A program made the translations under genes and the position numbers. Source: Flavobacteriales bacterium (GTDB lineage: Bacteria; Bacteroidota; Bacteroidia; Flavobacteriales_F; PHOS-HE28). Taken from it: a stretch of DNA of 64,000 nt. Of this stretch, positions 27,836 through 38,000 are shown one piece after another (within the stretch, counting starts at the first letter, position 1; every line of letters starts with the position of its first letter). The notes beneath the pieces were generated by a model that saw nothing but the letters and a program-made list of their open reading frames with translations, had not been told where the DNA came from and ran no database searches. The stretch lies in contig JAEUTB010000111.1 of assembly GCA_016787995.1 (NCBI GenBank), positions 14,775 to 78,774 on the forward strand. The letters run 5' to 3'.

Positions 27836-29965
27836 TCATTTCAGACCAAGCTGCGCCTTGACTTCGGAAGCTTGGATACAAACTTCGTTATGGGATCGCA
27901 GTTCGAGGAACAGGCTACGCAGGTACTTGGACACCTCACCCAGTTCATCCGAAAAGGTGAACACTTTCGGATCGCCGATGATGATCAACTTCTGCCTGGC
28001 ACGACTGATGGCCACGTTCACCAAACGTTCACCGGTATCGCCTTTATAGAGTTGCCCGATCCGACGGTCCGTGCTGTCCACCACATCCCATAGGATGATG
28101 TCGTACTCAGAACCTTGAAAGGAATGAATGGTGCCCACCTTCACACGATCCATCTTTTCGGAAGTGAGCATGCTGCTTCGCAACAAGTGCTGGATGAGTT
28201 GCACCTGACCATTGTAAGGAGCTACAACACCGATCGTTACGCCTTGTACGTCACGGACAAGGGTCTGCACCAAAACCACCACTAACTCCGCCGATGTGTG
28301 GTTGCGCCGAGAACGCGTTTCAGTCATTGACACGCGTGAACCGTCCTGCAGACCAAGTTGAATGAAACTGACCGCCGCGCTGCCAAGGAATTCAAAGCCA
28401 TTGAGTGTAAGGGGTGCCCGGTCAACACGAGTGCGGAGCCGGCCATCGTAAAAGCGTTCGTTGATCAGGTCGCAGATCTCCGGATCCATACGATGCTGCT
28501 CGTTGAGCATCACCAAGCCTTGTTCTCGAAAAGCCGGCACCTTGCGCAAGTAGCTGAAGATGTCCGTAGCGAACCAATTCCGCGCCGCCTCGGTCGTGCT
28601 CACACAGATGGGTCCAAGTTGCTTGAAGTCGCCGGTGATCACCAGCTTATCACGAGTGAACAAGGCCATGGCCACGGTCTGCACCAAAGGCATCATGCTG
28701 ACCTCGTCAATGATGACCATATCGAACTGTTCCGGTTGGAAGGCATCGCTTAGAAAACACATGGCGGAGGTGGTGAGCGTGATGCTCGCCTCCCTCACCC
28801 GGGCCTCGTTCGCTTTCTTCAACTGCGCACGCAATACCACGAGCTGGTCCCTCAATTCAGCACGTCGTTCCGGCAAGTTCTCTGCCGTTCTTGCCAGCGC
28901 GGCTTGCAAGCGCCCCACTTCACGGCGTAGTGTGAGGATGTGGTCCTTATCTGGGAACAAACGGTCGTCCGCATTGATCTCCGGAAGAGCTGGGTACCCG
29001 AAACGAAGGACCTTGCGCGCTTCCAACAGCTCCCGTGTTTCACGCACCCGTTCCATTTCCTTCACCACTGCGCGTGTGAGATGGTCCACGGCGATGTTGG
29101 AGATGCCACTGGCCAGCACTTTGCGGCCTTGCGCAGCAGCCCGGGCGATGATCTTGGCCAAGGTGAAGGTCTTTCCTGTACCCGGCGGACCCCAAATGAA
29201 CGTGAGGTCCTGACCGAATACGCGCTCCATCACCAGACGCTGTGGTGTATTGACTTCGGGGTCGACGATGGTGACGGTGCCATTGCCGGTGCGAACGAGG
29301 TCGCGGCGCTCAAAGAGGCGTGCAGCTGCCGACTCCGGATGGTTCGGTATTTCCTCGAACTGCTTCTGTATCTTCTTCAGGAAATCGATGGGATGCGTAC
29401 GAAAGCGGAAACGACCGTTCATCTGCTCTGCGGAGAGCGCTTGGTTCGTGCGGAAGATGACGGTACTGGTGCGGTTGTAGTAGGCCAACAACACCCCGCG
29501 GGCCACACCACCATCCTGCAGTTCGGGCCACCACAGATCAATGGGCAAGCCGTCCTGACCTGGAGCGGCCAGGCCATCGGGCAGGCTTATCACCGCTTCG
29601 TACTGTTTCCCGTTCGCGGTTTCGCGCAGTAGCCGTAGCACCTTGGCCACCACCCAGTTCTTGCGCTGGTCCTGCTCCACAGCCGACTTCTCATCGTGGA
29701 AGGCCTTGCGCACCTCATCCTCTGGTGTGCTGCTCAGATCGAAACAACTGGGGAAATCACGTGTGAGCTTGCGCCAATCGGGGCGACGCAAATGCGTGCG
29801 CACCACCTCAAAATAGTCGGAGTAGTCGTCCAGGCATTGCACAATGACCTCTTCGTCCACATGATCACGGTGCAGCAGATTCTTCAACTGCAGGGTGTTG
29901 TAGTCCTTCTCGCGATGCGCGGGCTCGTACCACTTCTGGATGATCTTGAGGAAGAGGACCTGCAT
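27836..29965 (-). CDS. Upf1/DNA2-like superfamily 1B helicase (AAA_11/AAA_12-type)
   Basis: Walker A is WGPPGTGKTF and motif II is MVIIDEVSMM. Other helicase motifs are GDFKQLGPI, HSFQGSEYDIILWD and VAISRARQKLIIIGD. Confidence 0.85.
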   Translation of the reverse strand: MQVLFLKIIQKWYEPAHREKDYNTLQLKNLLHRDHVDEEVIVQCLDDYSDYFEVVRTHLRRPDWRKLTRDFPSCFDLSSTPEDEVRKAFHDEKSAVEQDQRKNWVVAKVLRLLRETANGKQYEAVISLPDGLAAPGQDGLPIDLWWPELQDGGVARGVLLAYYNRTSTVIFRTNQALSAEQMNGRFRFRTHPIDFLKKIQKQFEEIPNHPESAAARLFERRDLVRTGNGTVTIVDPEVNTPQRLVMERVFGQDLTFIWGPPGTGKTFTLAKIIARAAAQGRKVLASGISNIAVDHLTRAVVKEMERVRETRELLEARKVLRFGYPALPEINADDRLFPDKDHILTLRREVGRLQAALARTAENLPERRAELRDQLVVLRAQLKKANEARVREASITLTTSAMCFLSDAFQPEQFDMVIIDEVSMMPLVQTVAMALFTRDKLVITGDFKQLGPICVSTTEAARNWFATDIFSYLRKVPAFREQGLVMLNEQHRMDPEICDLINERFYDGRLRTRVDRAPLTLNGFEFLGSAAVSFIQLGLQDGSRVSMTETRSRRNHTSAELVVVLVQTLVRDVQGVTIGVVAPYNGQVQLIQHLLRSSMLTSEKMDRVKVGTIHSFQGSEYDIILWDVVDSTDRRIGQLYKGDTGERLVNVAISRARQKLIIIGDPKVFTFSDELGEVSKYLRSLFLELRSHNEVCIQASEVKAQLGLK

Positions 29966-30001
29966 GGAGTGTACTTAAGCGCTTGGCGCGTGGAATTTCG
30001 T

Positions 30002-30691
30002 TCACATCAGGTCCTCCAACTTCAAAGGACTCTCCTTCACTAGCCGGATATAGGCCTTCATACCCACGAAGTAATTAAATGGAGGATGATGCCCAAGATG
30101 ATCAAGTGAGAAGCACGCCTCGATACGTCGAAATGAATGTTCGACCTGGTCCATCGCACGGGTCACCTGGTCGCGATGCACTCCAATCGAAACCTGGACC
30201 TTCGAATCCCAGTGAGCGAGCCGTGTATTTCTCAACTTCTTGATCGGGCGGAGCGCCTTGACCAAGTCCTTTTCCATTTGAAGTCGCACCGGCTCAGTGT
30301 CTCTGGGGAAAATCGAAGCATGCCTATCCAACCACGCAGGAATGCCTATTGGCTCAGCCCCTGGCCTTCTTCTTCGATCACCAAAAGCTGCAAGACCTAA
30401 GAGCAAAGTGGTCCACAAGGCATCCAGTATGACACCATTGAACGCGCCAAGTTTCTGCACCACTTGGTACCGGTCTTCCGGCGCGGCATCCAGCCAATCC
30501 TGCAACGCTGCCCAGATGTTCTCCAACCTACCGTACTGGTGCCAGAGGTAGTTGAACTCGCGTGCGGCCTCTTCGCCCATGGCCACACGCCAGAATGCGG
30601 CTTGGCCGGCGTTGCCGACCTCGAATGATCGGAAAGTGTTGGCGCTCATGACAGGTGAATTCGAGCGGGCGTTTGATGGACGTGGGCGCAT
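30002..30691 (-). CDS. HEPN-domain protein, AbiU2-like (putative RNase effector)
   Basis: All-helical 229-aa protein carrying LRNTRLAHWD, an R-N-x3-A-H (Rx5H) HEPN-type motif, at 30212-30232. It sits 36 nt upstream of the helicase and 4 nt after the previous gene. Confidence 0.5.
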   Translation of the reverse strand: MRPRPSNARSNSPVMSANTFRSFEVGNAGQAAFWRVAMGEEAAREFNYLWHQYGRLENIWAALQDWLDAAPEDRYQVVQKLGAFNGVILDALWTTLLLGLAAFGDRRRRPGAEPIGIPAWLDRHASIFPRDTEPVRLQMEKDLVKALRPIKKLRNTRLAHWDSKVQVSIGVHRDQVTRAMDQVEHSFRRIEACFSLDHLGHHPPFNYFVGMKAYIRLVKESPLKLEDLM

Positions 30692-30695
30692 CGGA

Positions 30696-32072
30696 TCAGG
30701 CTACCTCCTCCTTCCGCTTCCTGGAGTTGTTGCAATACCGGTGCGTTAACCGCCCATTGTCCTCAGTCGTTGTGCCTCCCTGCCAAAACTGCTCGATGTG
30801 GTCCACCGCCGCATCATCCATCGTCGTGATCTTGTTGCCGCAGAGCTCGCACTTGTTGTTCTGGTCAAATAGCTGCTGCTTGAACTCATAGGTGAACAAG
30901 CGATCCTGTGGCACATCATTCTTCAGAATGGCATCCATGCGTCCACGCCATTTATCGAATCGTTTCTGGATGGCCTGCTTGCTGCTGGTACTGCGTTCAA
31001 TGGAGGTGATGAACTCATCATCGCTGGTCATCAGGTCGATGAAGCCGTCATGGAGCAGGTCACGGTTCCTGGTCACCTGGTTCTTGTCGGCATCGGCGAA
31101 GACCACCATGCACACATCATACAGTGACACGTTGAATTTCTTGGGCTCCCACTTGCCGTTCTTGGCACCGGCAGTCCCCGCATAGAAACGCCTGAAGGCA
31201 CGCTCACCGAAGATCGTGTTCGTGATTTGGACCGCGTTGCGAAAAGCCTTGCGAAGGGCCTCAGCATTCAAGGACTTCATTTCGCGCTCTGCCTCCATGA
31301 AGTCCGTCATGAAGCGTTTCATGGGCGACGTATACTTCAAGTAGGTCTTGTGGTGGAGGGCGGCGAAGCGAAGTACCAGCTCGGTGTTCCACATGCGCCA
31401 ATCCGGCTCCTGTACGCGGAGCAGTTTGTTGAAGGCGGCGTCTTCGGCGAGTTCCTTCAGCAGTTCATTGAATGGCCCGCGCAGAGTACAGTTCCGAAGC
31501 TCTTGATCACTCAAGGGCATTGAACCGGAGTTCAAGCGCTCGAAGATCTCGTACTGCAAGCCCTTGTCGCTTTCCTTCTTGAACAGAATGGTGCGTAACG
31601 GGCAGTCGTTGAACTTCTCTTGTAGTTCATCAGAAAGGTCCTTGTAACCAAGGCCATTCAGGTCCGTGAGCGCCTGAAGGCTTTTCAATTGGAAGGGTGA
31701 GCCGTCCGGGAAGCTCCCGCGCTTGAAACTGAACAGCGAGGTAAGCCGCTGTTGCCCATCAATGACGTTCTGCACCCCATTCACCTCTTCGTTAAGATAA
31801 ATGATCGGGAGCGGGATGTCCAGCAAGACCGATTCCACCAGTCGGCTGGCACGCTTCGCATCCCAGACGTATTTGCGCTGGAACTCAGGTTGCAGAATGA
31901 GCCGACCACGTTCATACTTCTCCGCCAGCACAGCGACAGTAGGGTCCGTGGATTGCGTAAAGATCTTACGGCCCTTGCCATCAAGTGAATCCTCTTCGAC
32001 TTCCTTGTCAAGGTCTTGTTCCAGATCATCCTCTATCTCGTACTTGGCCATGTGCTGCGTGTTAGTGATCAC
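30696..32072 (-). CDS. DUF262 (ParB/GmrSD N-terminal-like) protein with C-terminal HNH endonuclease
   Basis: DUF262 motifs are LQPEFQRKYVW and VIDGQQRLTSLF. The C-terminal HNH reads CELCGNKI...DHIEQFWQGG...N...HRYCNN. The start is either GTG at 32072 (GTGA overlap with the upstream stop) or ATG at 32051. Confidence 0.85.
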   Translation of the reverse strand: MITNTQHMAKYEIEDDLEQDLDKEVEEDSLDGKGRKIFTQSTDPTVAVLAEKYERGRLILQPEFQRKYVWDAKRASRLVESVLLDIPLPIIYLNEEVNGVQNVIDGQQRLTSLFSFKRGSFPDGSPFQLKSLQALTDLNGLGYKDLSDELQEKFNDCPLRTILFKKESDKGLQYEIFERLNSGSMPLSDQELRNCTLRGPFNELLKELAEDAAFNKLLRVQEPDWRMWNTELVLRFAALHHKTYLKYTSPMKRFMTDFMEAEREMKSLNAEALRKAFRNAVQITNTIFGERAFRRFYAGTAGAKNGKWEPKKFNVSLYDVCMVVFADADKNQVTRNRDLLHDGFIDLMTSDDEFITSIERSTSSKQAIQKRFDKWRGRMDAILKNDVPQDRLFTYEFKQQLFDQNNKCELCGNKITTMDDAAVDHIEQFWQGGTTTEDNGRLTHRYCNNSRKRKEEVA

Positions 32073-33355
32073 TTCTTCCTCTTCCGTTTCTCCACCTCCT
32101 TCTTCTTCGCCCGCTTCAGGTACTCTCCATCCTTGGTCAGCTTCTCCATGATCAGGTCGATGCAGGCGTCGGAATAGGTGTGCTGAACGATGGTGCCGTC
32201 GTCGAAATGGAACTTGTTCGAGTTGTCCTTCCAGCCCTCCATGGAGCTGATGCTGCTGAAGTCGTGTATGTTGAACTCCGGCTTGGTTCGGCCGAACAAT
32301 TTCCGGAGTCCATCTTCGCTGAACCGGCCTTTGAGGCGCTTGTTCACCTCGGCCACGATCTGCTTGGCTTCCAGCGGATGCGACTTCTTCTGGTCCAACG
32401 TCTTGTTCACCACAATGGGCATTACGCCCGCGATGCCTGCAATGGTCTGCTCCGGTTGCGAATTCTTGTCCACAAAGCCGATGCTCAGGTGCAGAGGTAT
32501 CGCGAAGCGGTTGTCGTTCGCCTGCTCTGCGTCGCGTTCCAGGCGCTCAATGCGGGAAAGGATGTTGGCAGCATGCTCATGGCCGTAGCGTTGCACCAGC
32601 ATGGCTTGGTAAGGCTCGGTGCCATCGAACACTAAGGACAACAGCCCTACGCCGCTCACCTGCATCGGTGGGTATCCGGCAAGGGTCAGGTACTCCCGGA
32701 AGAAGTTCATCACCCCACTCTGGAAGTAGCGACTGGCAATTGGCCCCAGTTCAGGCAGGACGTAGTGCATGGATTCATCGCGCAGGTCGTGGACGTACTC
32801 CACGTTGCGGCGTACCGGGTCCTGCGCAGGGTACAATTCGGCCAGGACCTTTCGCAGCGACTTGCTCTTGCGCTCCTTGCCACTCTCCCAAATGCTATCG
32901 GCCCCCTGCTCCTTCACAAGCCGTGCTTTCAGGAACTTCTCGAACGCGGCGCAGAAGTGCACCACGAAGGCATCCACGCGGTTGGGAGTGGTGGGGCGGT
33001 TGAACAGTTCGATGGCCAGTTGGAACTCCTGTGCAGCGGCCTCCAATAGATCCCCGAAAAGGCCAGTGTGCTTCGTGGCCGGGCGCGGCGGCCCCGCCTT
33101 GCGCTGGCTCAAGGCATCCTGGAAGCGCTCCAGCGTGATGCCAGCAAAGCCTTGCACCATATAGGTGTCCTTATTCGCTTTATGCAGCCACGGCACAAGG
33201 CCCTTACTTATCATGGGCTTGATAGCTGTGTCCTTATAGCCCGTGGCCGATAGGACTTTGGCCAAGGTCAGTGTGCGACCGTTGGATGCATACTCCCGGA
33301 GCAGGGCAAATAGCTTTTGCTGTTTGTCGGACGCGTTACGCATGGTTTTGGTCAT
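32069..33355 (-). CDS. hypothetical protein with HEPN-like Rx4H motif (DUF3644-like)
   Basis: 428 aa. The central helical region is FQLAIELFNRP...FVVHFCAAFEKFLKA...VHDLRDESMHY, with the RDESMH motif at 32765-32782. Family assignment is from memory only. Confidence 0.5.
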   Translation of the reverse strand: MTKTMRNASDKQQKLFALLREYASNGRTLTLAKVLSATGYKDTAIKPMISKGLVPWLHKANKDTYMVQGFAGITLERFQDALSQRKAGPPRPATKHTGLFGDLLEAAAQEFQLAIELFNRPTTPNRVDAFVVHFCAAFEKFLKARLVKEQGADSIWESGKERKSKSLRKVLAELYPAQDPVRRNVEYVHDLRDESMHYVLPELGPIASRYFQSGVMNFFREYLTLAGYPPMQVSGVGLLSLVFDGTEPYQAMLVQRYGHEHAANILSRIERLERDAEQANDNRFAIPLHLSIGFVDKNSQPEQTIAGIAGVMPIVVNKTLDQKKSHPLEAKQIVAEVNKRLKGRFSEDGLRKLFGRTKPEFNIHDFSSISSMEGWKDNSNKFHFDDGTIVQHTYSDACIDLIMEKLTKDGEYLKRAKKKEVEKRKRKK

Positions 33356-33434
33356 GTTGCATCCGGAGCCTCCTTCAGTGAGTTTGCTACACTATATCGA
33401 CTTGGGAGTGTCACCGGCCTGACTCGGACCCACT

Positions 33435-34652
33435 TCAAGTAGTTGGAAGTTTCTTGATCAGCGGAATCATCACATCAACCACCTTGCGATACATGGCGCT
33501 CTTCCGCTCTTCTTGGAATTTCTTCCAAATGCGATCAGCTACCTCTGTGGCACTCAGCTCTTGCTTCAGCGACTTGTCAAGCGATTGGCGATAGAACGTG
33601 AACCACTGTTCAGGCGCGCTTGTCTTGTTATCTGAAGGGAACTTCTCCTGCTTCATCAAGCTCAATACTTCCTTTCGCCATTCCTGATCCTTTGCAGATG
33701 GACGAAGTTGTGCGGCGAGCACGGCGTTAGTCTCCTGGACACGCACTTCAAAAGCTGCCGAGTACCATCGGCCCGCCTCTTTGTTCTGGGCTAGATCCCA
33801 AGCCTTGGGCACATAGGTCAACAGGCCCTTGGTGGCATGCACGAAAACCAGTTCCCCTTTCTTATCTTCCTCAATAAGGCGGTGCTTCAGAAGGTCGGTT
33901 ACCTCCTTCGTCCTGTCGGGGCGTTGGGAGAACAAGTAGTCCAACGCGGTACCATGCGCCTTGTAGATCTCCTTAGCCAGCGTGATGGCCTCGTCGTTGT
34001 CGATGAACCGTTCTTTCAAAAGCGTGTTGTATTGATGAATGAGATAGCCCGGCCCCTCTTGTAGTTCTCCGCTCGCATGGCCTAGGCAGGTCTCCAATGC
34101 TTGTTGAACGGTCTGGTAGGTTGTCGGTATGTACTCCTTGTCGTTGGGTTGTTCTGCGTGTCTCGTCAGAAAGAGCAGCACCCTCTTCGCATCCGGGTAT
34201 TCCCTCTCCACTTCTGCCCTGTACTTCAGCAATTGGTCGTTCCCTTGCCGGGAGTTCACTTTGTTCTCGATACCAATGACCCATTGCAGGTCGTTCGCCA
34301 AAGTGATCTCCACCAATACATCCAAACGGCTCCATTCTCGTACAACTCGCACCTGTTTGAACGGCTTAGTATCAACCATGACCGGGTCGATGACCTCAGG
34401 TCGGTCAGCATCGTGCAGCACAAGCATCATCCATCGGCGCAGGAACAATTCACCGAAGCCATGATTCTCTGTTGGATCGAGTAGCCAAGCCAACATGTTT
34501 GAATGCCTGAGCTCATGGTCACTACTGCGCAGGACATCGAACACGTTGAATCGCCCGATGGTGCGTTCGAGCTTCATGAAAGCATCTGGCGCGACCACAA
34601 GCTTGCGCATTGAGGCTATGATCTCAACCGCTTGGACTTCACGCTCTGCCAT
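33435..34652 (-). CDS. PD-(D/E)XK nuclease family protein
   Basis: The N-terminal part reads HELRHSNMLAWLLDP...HGFG..FL. It is followed by RLDVLVEI...VIGIENKV, which fits D-x17-E-x-K. Confidence 0.65.
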   Translation of the reverse strand: MAEREVQAVEIIASMRKLVVAPDAFMKLERTIGRFNVFDVLRSSDHELRHSNMLAWLLDPTENHGFGELFLRRWMMLVLHDADRPEVIDPVMVDTKPFKQVRVVREWSRLDVLVEITLANDLQWVIGIENKVNSRQGNDQLLKYRAEVEREYPDAKRVLLFLTRHAEQPNDKEYIPTTYQTVQQALETCLGHASGELQEGPGYLIHQYNTLLKERFIDNDEAITLAKEIYKAHGTALDYLFSQRPDRTKEVTDLLKHRLIEEDKKGELVFVHATKGLLTYVPKAWDLAQNKEAGRWYSAAFEVRVQETNAVLAAQLRPSAKDQEWRKEVLSLMKQEKFPSDNKTSAPEQWFTFYRQSLDKSLKQELSATEVADRIWKKFQEERKSAMYRKVVDVMIPLIKKLPTT

Positions 34653-34668
34653 GTGATTCAGCTACTCC

Positions 34669-34872
34669 TCAGGCTTTCGGGCATGGATCCTTTGTCCCCA
34701 GGTCTTTCAGGGTGTCAGGGTCGAACCTGAGCAATGAGAGCGACATCGTATTGCCGCCGCACACTTCAACTATCGTGGCATTTACACACTTGAAAAGGAT
34801 TGGCAGCGAGCGGCCGTTGACCTCCTGCTTCGCGGTATACCAATTCCCAGGAATGAGTTCAATCGTTGACAT
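34669..34872 (-). CDS. small hypothetical protein (67 aa)
   Basis: ATG-initiated MSTIELIPGNWYTAKQEVNGRSL.... It ends 17 nt before the PD-(D/E)XK gene and has no motif. Confidence 0.35.
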   Translation of the reverse strand: MSTIELIPGNWYTAKQEVNGRSLPILFKCVNATIVEVCGGNTMSLSLLRFDPDTLKDLGTKDPCPKA

Positions 34873-35009
34873 CGCTACCTGTTTGTGCTCGTTCAATTCC
34901 CTTCCTCTTCCCACTCCCCTCCACGATCTTGATCTCCTCCTCCGTCAACCCATCGCGCACACACCTTGCGCTCCTCCCGCACAGGCCGCCCTCGAAGATG
35001 CGCGCCACG
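34859..35009 (-). pseudogene. relic of a second methyltransferase 3' end
   Basis: The minus-strand frame reads ...CVRDGLTEEEIKIVEGSGKRKG.... This parallels the intact MTase tail VYGLYGLTPEEIEIVERSGKRKP. The nucleotide block ctccacgatct is shared at 34919-34929 and 35059-35069. Confidence 0.4.
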
Positions 35010-38000
35010 CTACTCATCGCCCGTCGCGCCATCGTTAGTTGGCTTTCGCTTGCCGCTCCTCTCCACGATCTCTATCTCTTCAGGTGTAAGCCCATACAGA
35101 CCATACACCACCTGGTCGATCTCCCGCTCCACCGCCTCCGCCTTTGGCCCAGCCACCATCCCCAGCCGCTTCTCCACCAGCTTCTCCAGTTGTGTGTCAA
35201 GACTGCGGTTGGCCATTGGCAGAGGCAACTGAGCAATGGACCGTGCCTGTATTTCACTGAAGACCTTCTTCGTGGACTTCAGAAATGTTGTGTAGTAGTA
35301 GTTCCAAAGCTTCGAATTGAACAAGGCCAAAAGCCACTCAGGTGTCCGGTTAGTATCTTGGTTCAGATTAATGACCACAAGCGTATTAAGCGCATAGAAC
35401 TGCTCTTCGTCGAGAGCTGCAATCAAGCTCGATGAAACACGTCGGAAGAAGATCTTCTTCTTGGAGAGAAAGATGTCCTCTCGCTTACAACTATGAATGG
35501 AATCAACATCGTACCGCAAGTAATTTCCAGACCATGCGATGCCATAGCGATGAATCTCTCTACCGTCAATTACCGGCTTGTAGTTCTTGCCCTTGGCCTT
35601 GTTGAACAGATGTGCAGCTCGGTCACCTTTGAGCGCGATTGCCTGGTTTATTGACGATATCTGTCCAAGCTTGATAGAAGAACGGTCGTCGATGTTCTTC
35701 TTTAGGACACGACCAGCATCGTCATGAGCCACCGAGAATCGCAACAAATCATCGCTTGCGAATTCACCTGCCGGTATTGTAGTACTGCTCCATTGGTAGT
35801 CGCTCGTAAACGACGTGACCTTGATAGCGTTTGACGAAGGTCGCGTCCTCTGAAGAAAGAGCGTCACGGCTTCGACCACGGCATCATCGAACGGCAGCTT
35901 TTCGTAGGTCACTATCTCCGCAACCTGTGTCTGCTCCAAAATGAACTTGCGCAATCCATGGTAGTAGTCCTGAGTAAGTATCGTATTCGGTACAATGAAT
36001 GTCAGTACGCCATTTTTCGCAAGCGAGAGTGCGCCGCTTTCAATGAAGAACCCGAATGTGTTCATTCGGCCCATAGATGAAGAGTAGTTGGCGAGCAGAT
36101 ACTTCCGCTGCACGTCGTCGAACCATTCATACATCGCAAGCTGCACGTATGGAGGATTCCCAATCACAATGTCGAAACCCTTGTTCAACCCATACATCCA
36201 CTCGGGGTCGAAGAAGGGCGCGCTGGCGTTCTGGTCGTAGGGGTCCCAAGCGGCGAGCATCTTGGCGGTCTTGGGCTGGAACTCGTGTTCCTGCACCAAT
36301 AGCTCCGCCAGCTCCTCGCGCAATTGCTTGTCCTGCTCGCGGCACCGGGCCTTGCGCTGGGGGGTGCGCGCCTCGAAGTAGTCGTGCCGCACGCGCTTCA
36401 GTTGGGCCTTTTTCCTGTCGATGGCCGGGTTGGTGAAGAGGTTGTCCTGCTCCTTCTCCAACTTCATCAGCGTATTGGCCGCCACGAACTTGGTCTCCAA
36501 ATTGGGTAGGGGGCGCACGCCCAGGTTGGGGCGCTTGGCATCCACGCGCTGGTCCACCACCAAGCTGATGAAGAAGCGCAGCTTGGCGATCTGCATGGCG
36601 ATGGGCTGGATGTCCACGCCATAGATGCCGTTCTCGATCAGGTAGAGCTTGCGGCCGTAGTCCAACGCGTTGTGCTCGAAGGCATCCTCGATGTCCCGGA
36701 TAGTGTTCTCCTTGATCTCCGCATCGTCAAGCTGCTTTGCCTTCTCGATCTGCCGCTCCTTCCATTGGGTGTTCTTGGGATCGAGCTTGTGCAGCACGTG
36801 CACCAGCTTGTGCAGCACGCCCATGGGGAAGGCGCCGCTGCCACAGGCGGGGTCCAGGATCTTGCAACTGTCGATGGCCGCGATGAGCTTCTCGGCCTCT
36901 GCCTTGGAGAATTGGTGGGGCTCTTCAGTGTAGGAAAGCACGTGGCGGAGCTTCGCTTCGATATCGTTTCGTGTGTCGACCCTGTGGGTCGACGGTACGG
37001 GAGCTTCGAGGGATGTTTTGAGGTAGGCGATGAGTGATTCATCCACCATGTAGTTCACGATCTCCCGCGGCGTGTAGAAGCTGCCGGTCTGCTTGCGGGC
37101 GGTGGTCTTGGTCTCCGGGTTGTAGTTGGCCAGCAGGTTCTCGAACACCTTGCCCAACAGCTCGGGGTCCAGCGCCACTTCCTCCTCGATGGGCGTGTTC
37201 TCCGTGATGGTGAACTTGTAGCTACCCAGGATGTCGATGAGGCCGCGCACCTTCTCCTTGCGGGCCTTCTTACTGCCATACACCTCACTGAAGTCCCATT
37301 CCTCGCCCTCGGGGTCGAAGAAGAGCTTGTCCGGCACGTGCAGCGGATTATCCTCCCGGTCGCTGAAGCCATCAATGCGAACGGGAACAAGCTTGCCCTT
37401 CTGCTCCACCTGCTTGTCCAGGCACTCGAAGAGGCCACCGTTCAGGAAGGGGATGGGGTCGAACAGCTCCTTAAGGGTTCCCTTGGGGTCCACGAAGCAG
37501 CGTTCGTAGCGGAACACGTTGTGGATGAAGTAGTGCTTGCTCTGGCTGCGGTCCGCCTCGATGCGGAAGCGGCGCTTGCCCATCTCCGTGTTCAGCGTGG
37601 CGAAAAAGAGGTTCTGCAAGATGGCCTTGTAGTAGAGGCTCTTCTCCTTCGCATCGCTGCGCAGGATCTTCTTCAGCGCCTTGGGATCGAAGAGGGCATC
37701 AGGCACCAGGTCCTTCTCGCGCAGGAACCACACGAACATGAGGCGTGTGATCAGCCGGATGGTGTTGATGGCGTTGCGCTTCTCCTTGTCGCCTTCGGCA
37801 TCCGCGGGCCACTTGGTCACCTCCACGGCATGGAAGTACCAGTTGCTCAGTTCGCGGAAGAAGCGCTTGTTGAGTTCCTTGGTGTCGAGGGTCTTGCGCC
37901 AGGCCTCGTGCAGCTTGGGGAAGTTGGGCACCTCATGCTTCTTGCGCAGTTGCTCTAGGCTCAGATCAAAGAGGATCTCCACATGTGCCCGGTGCGGCGC

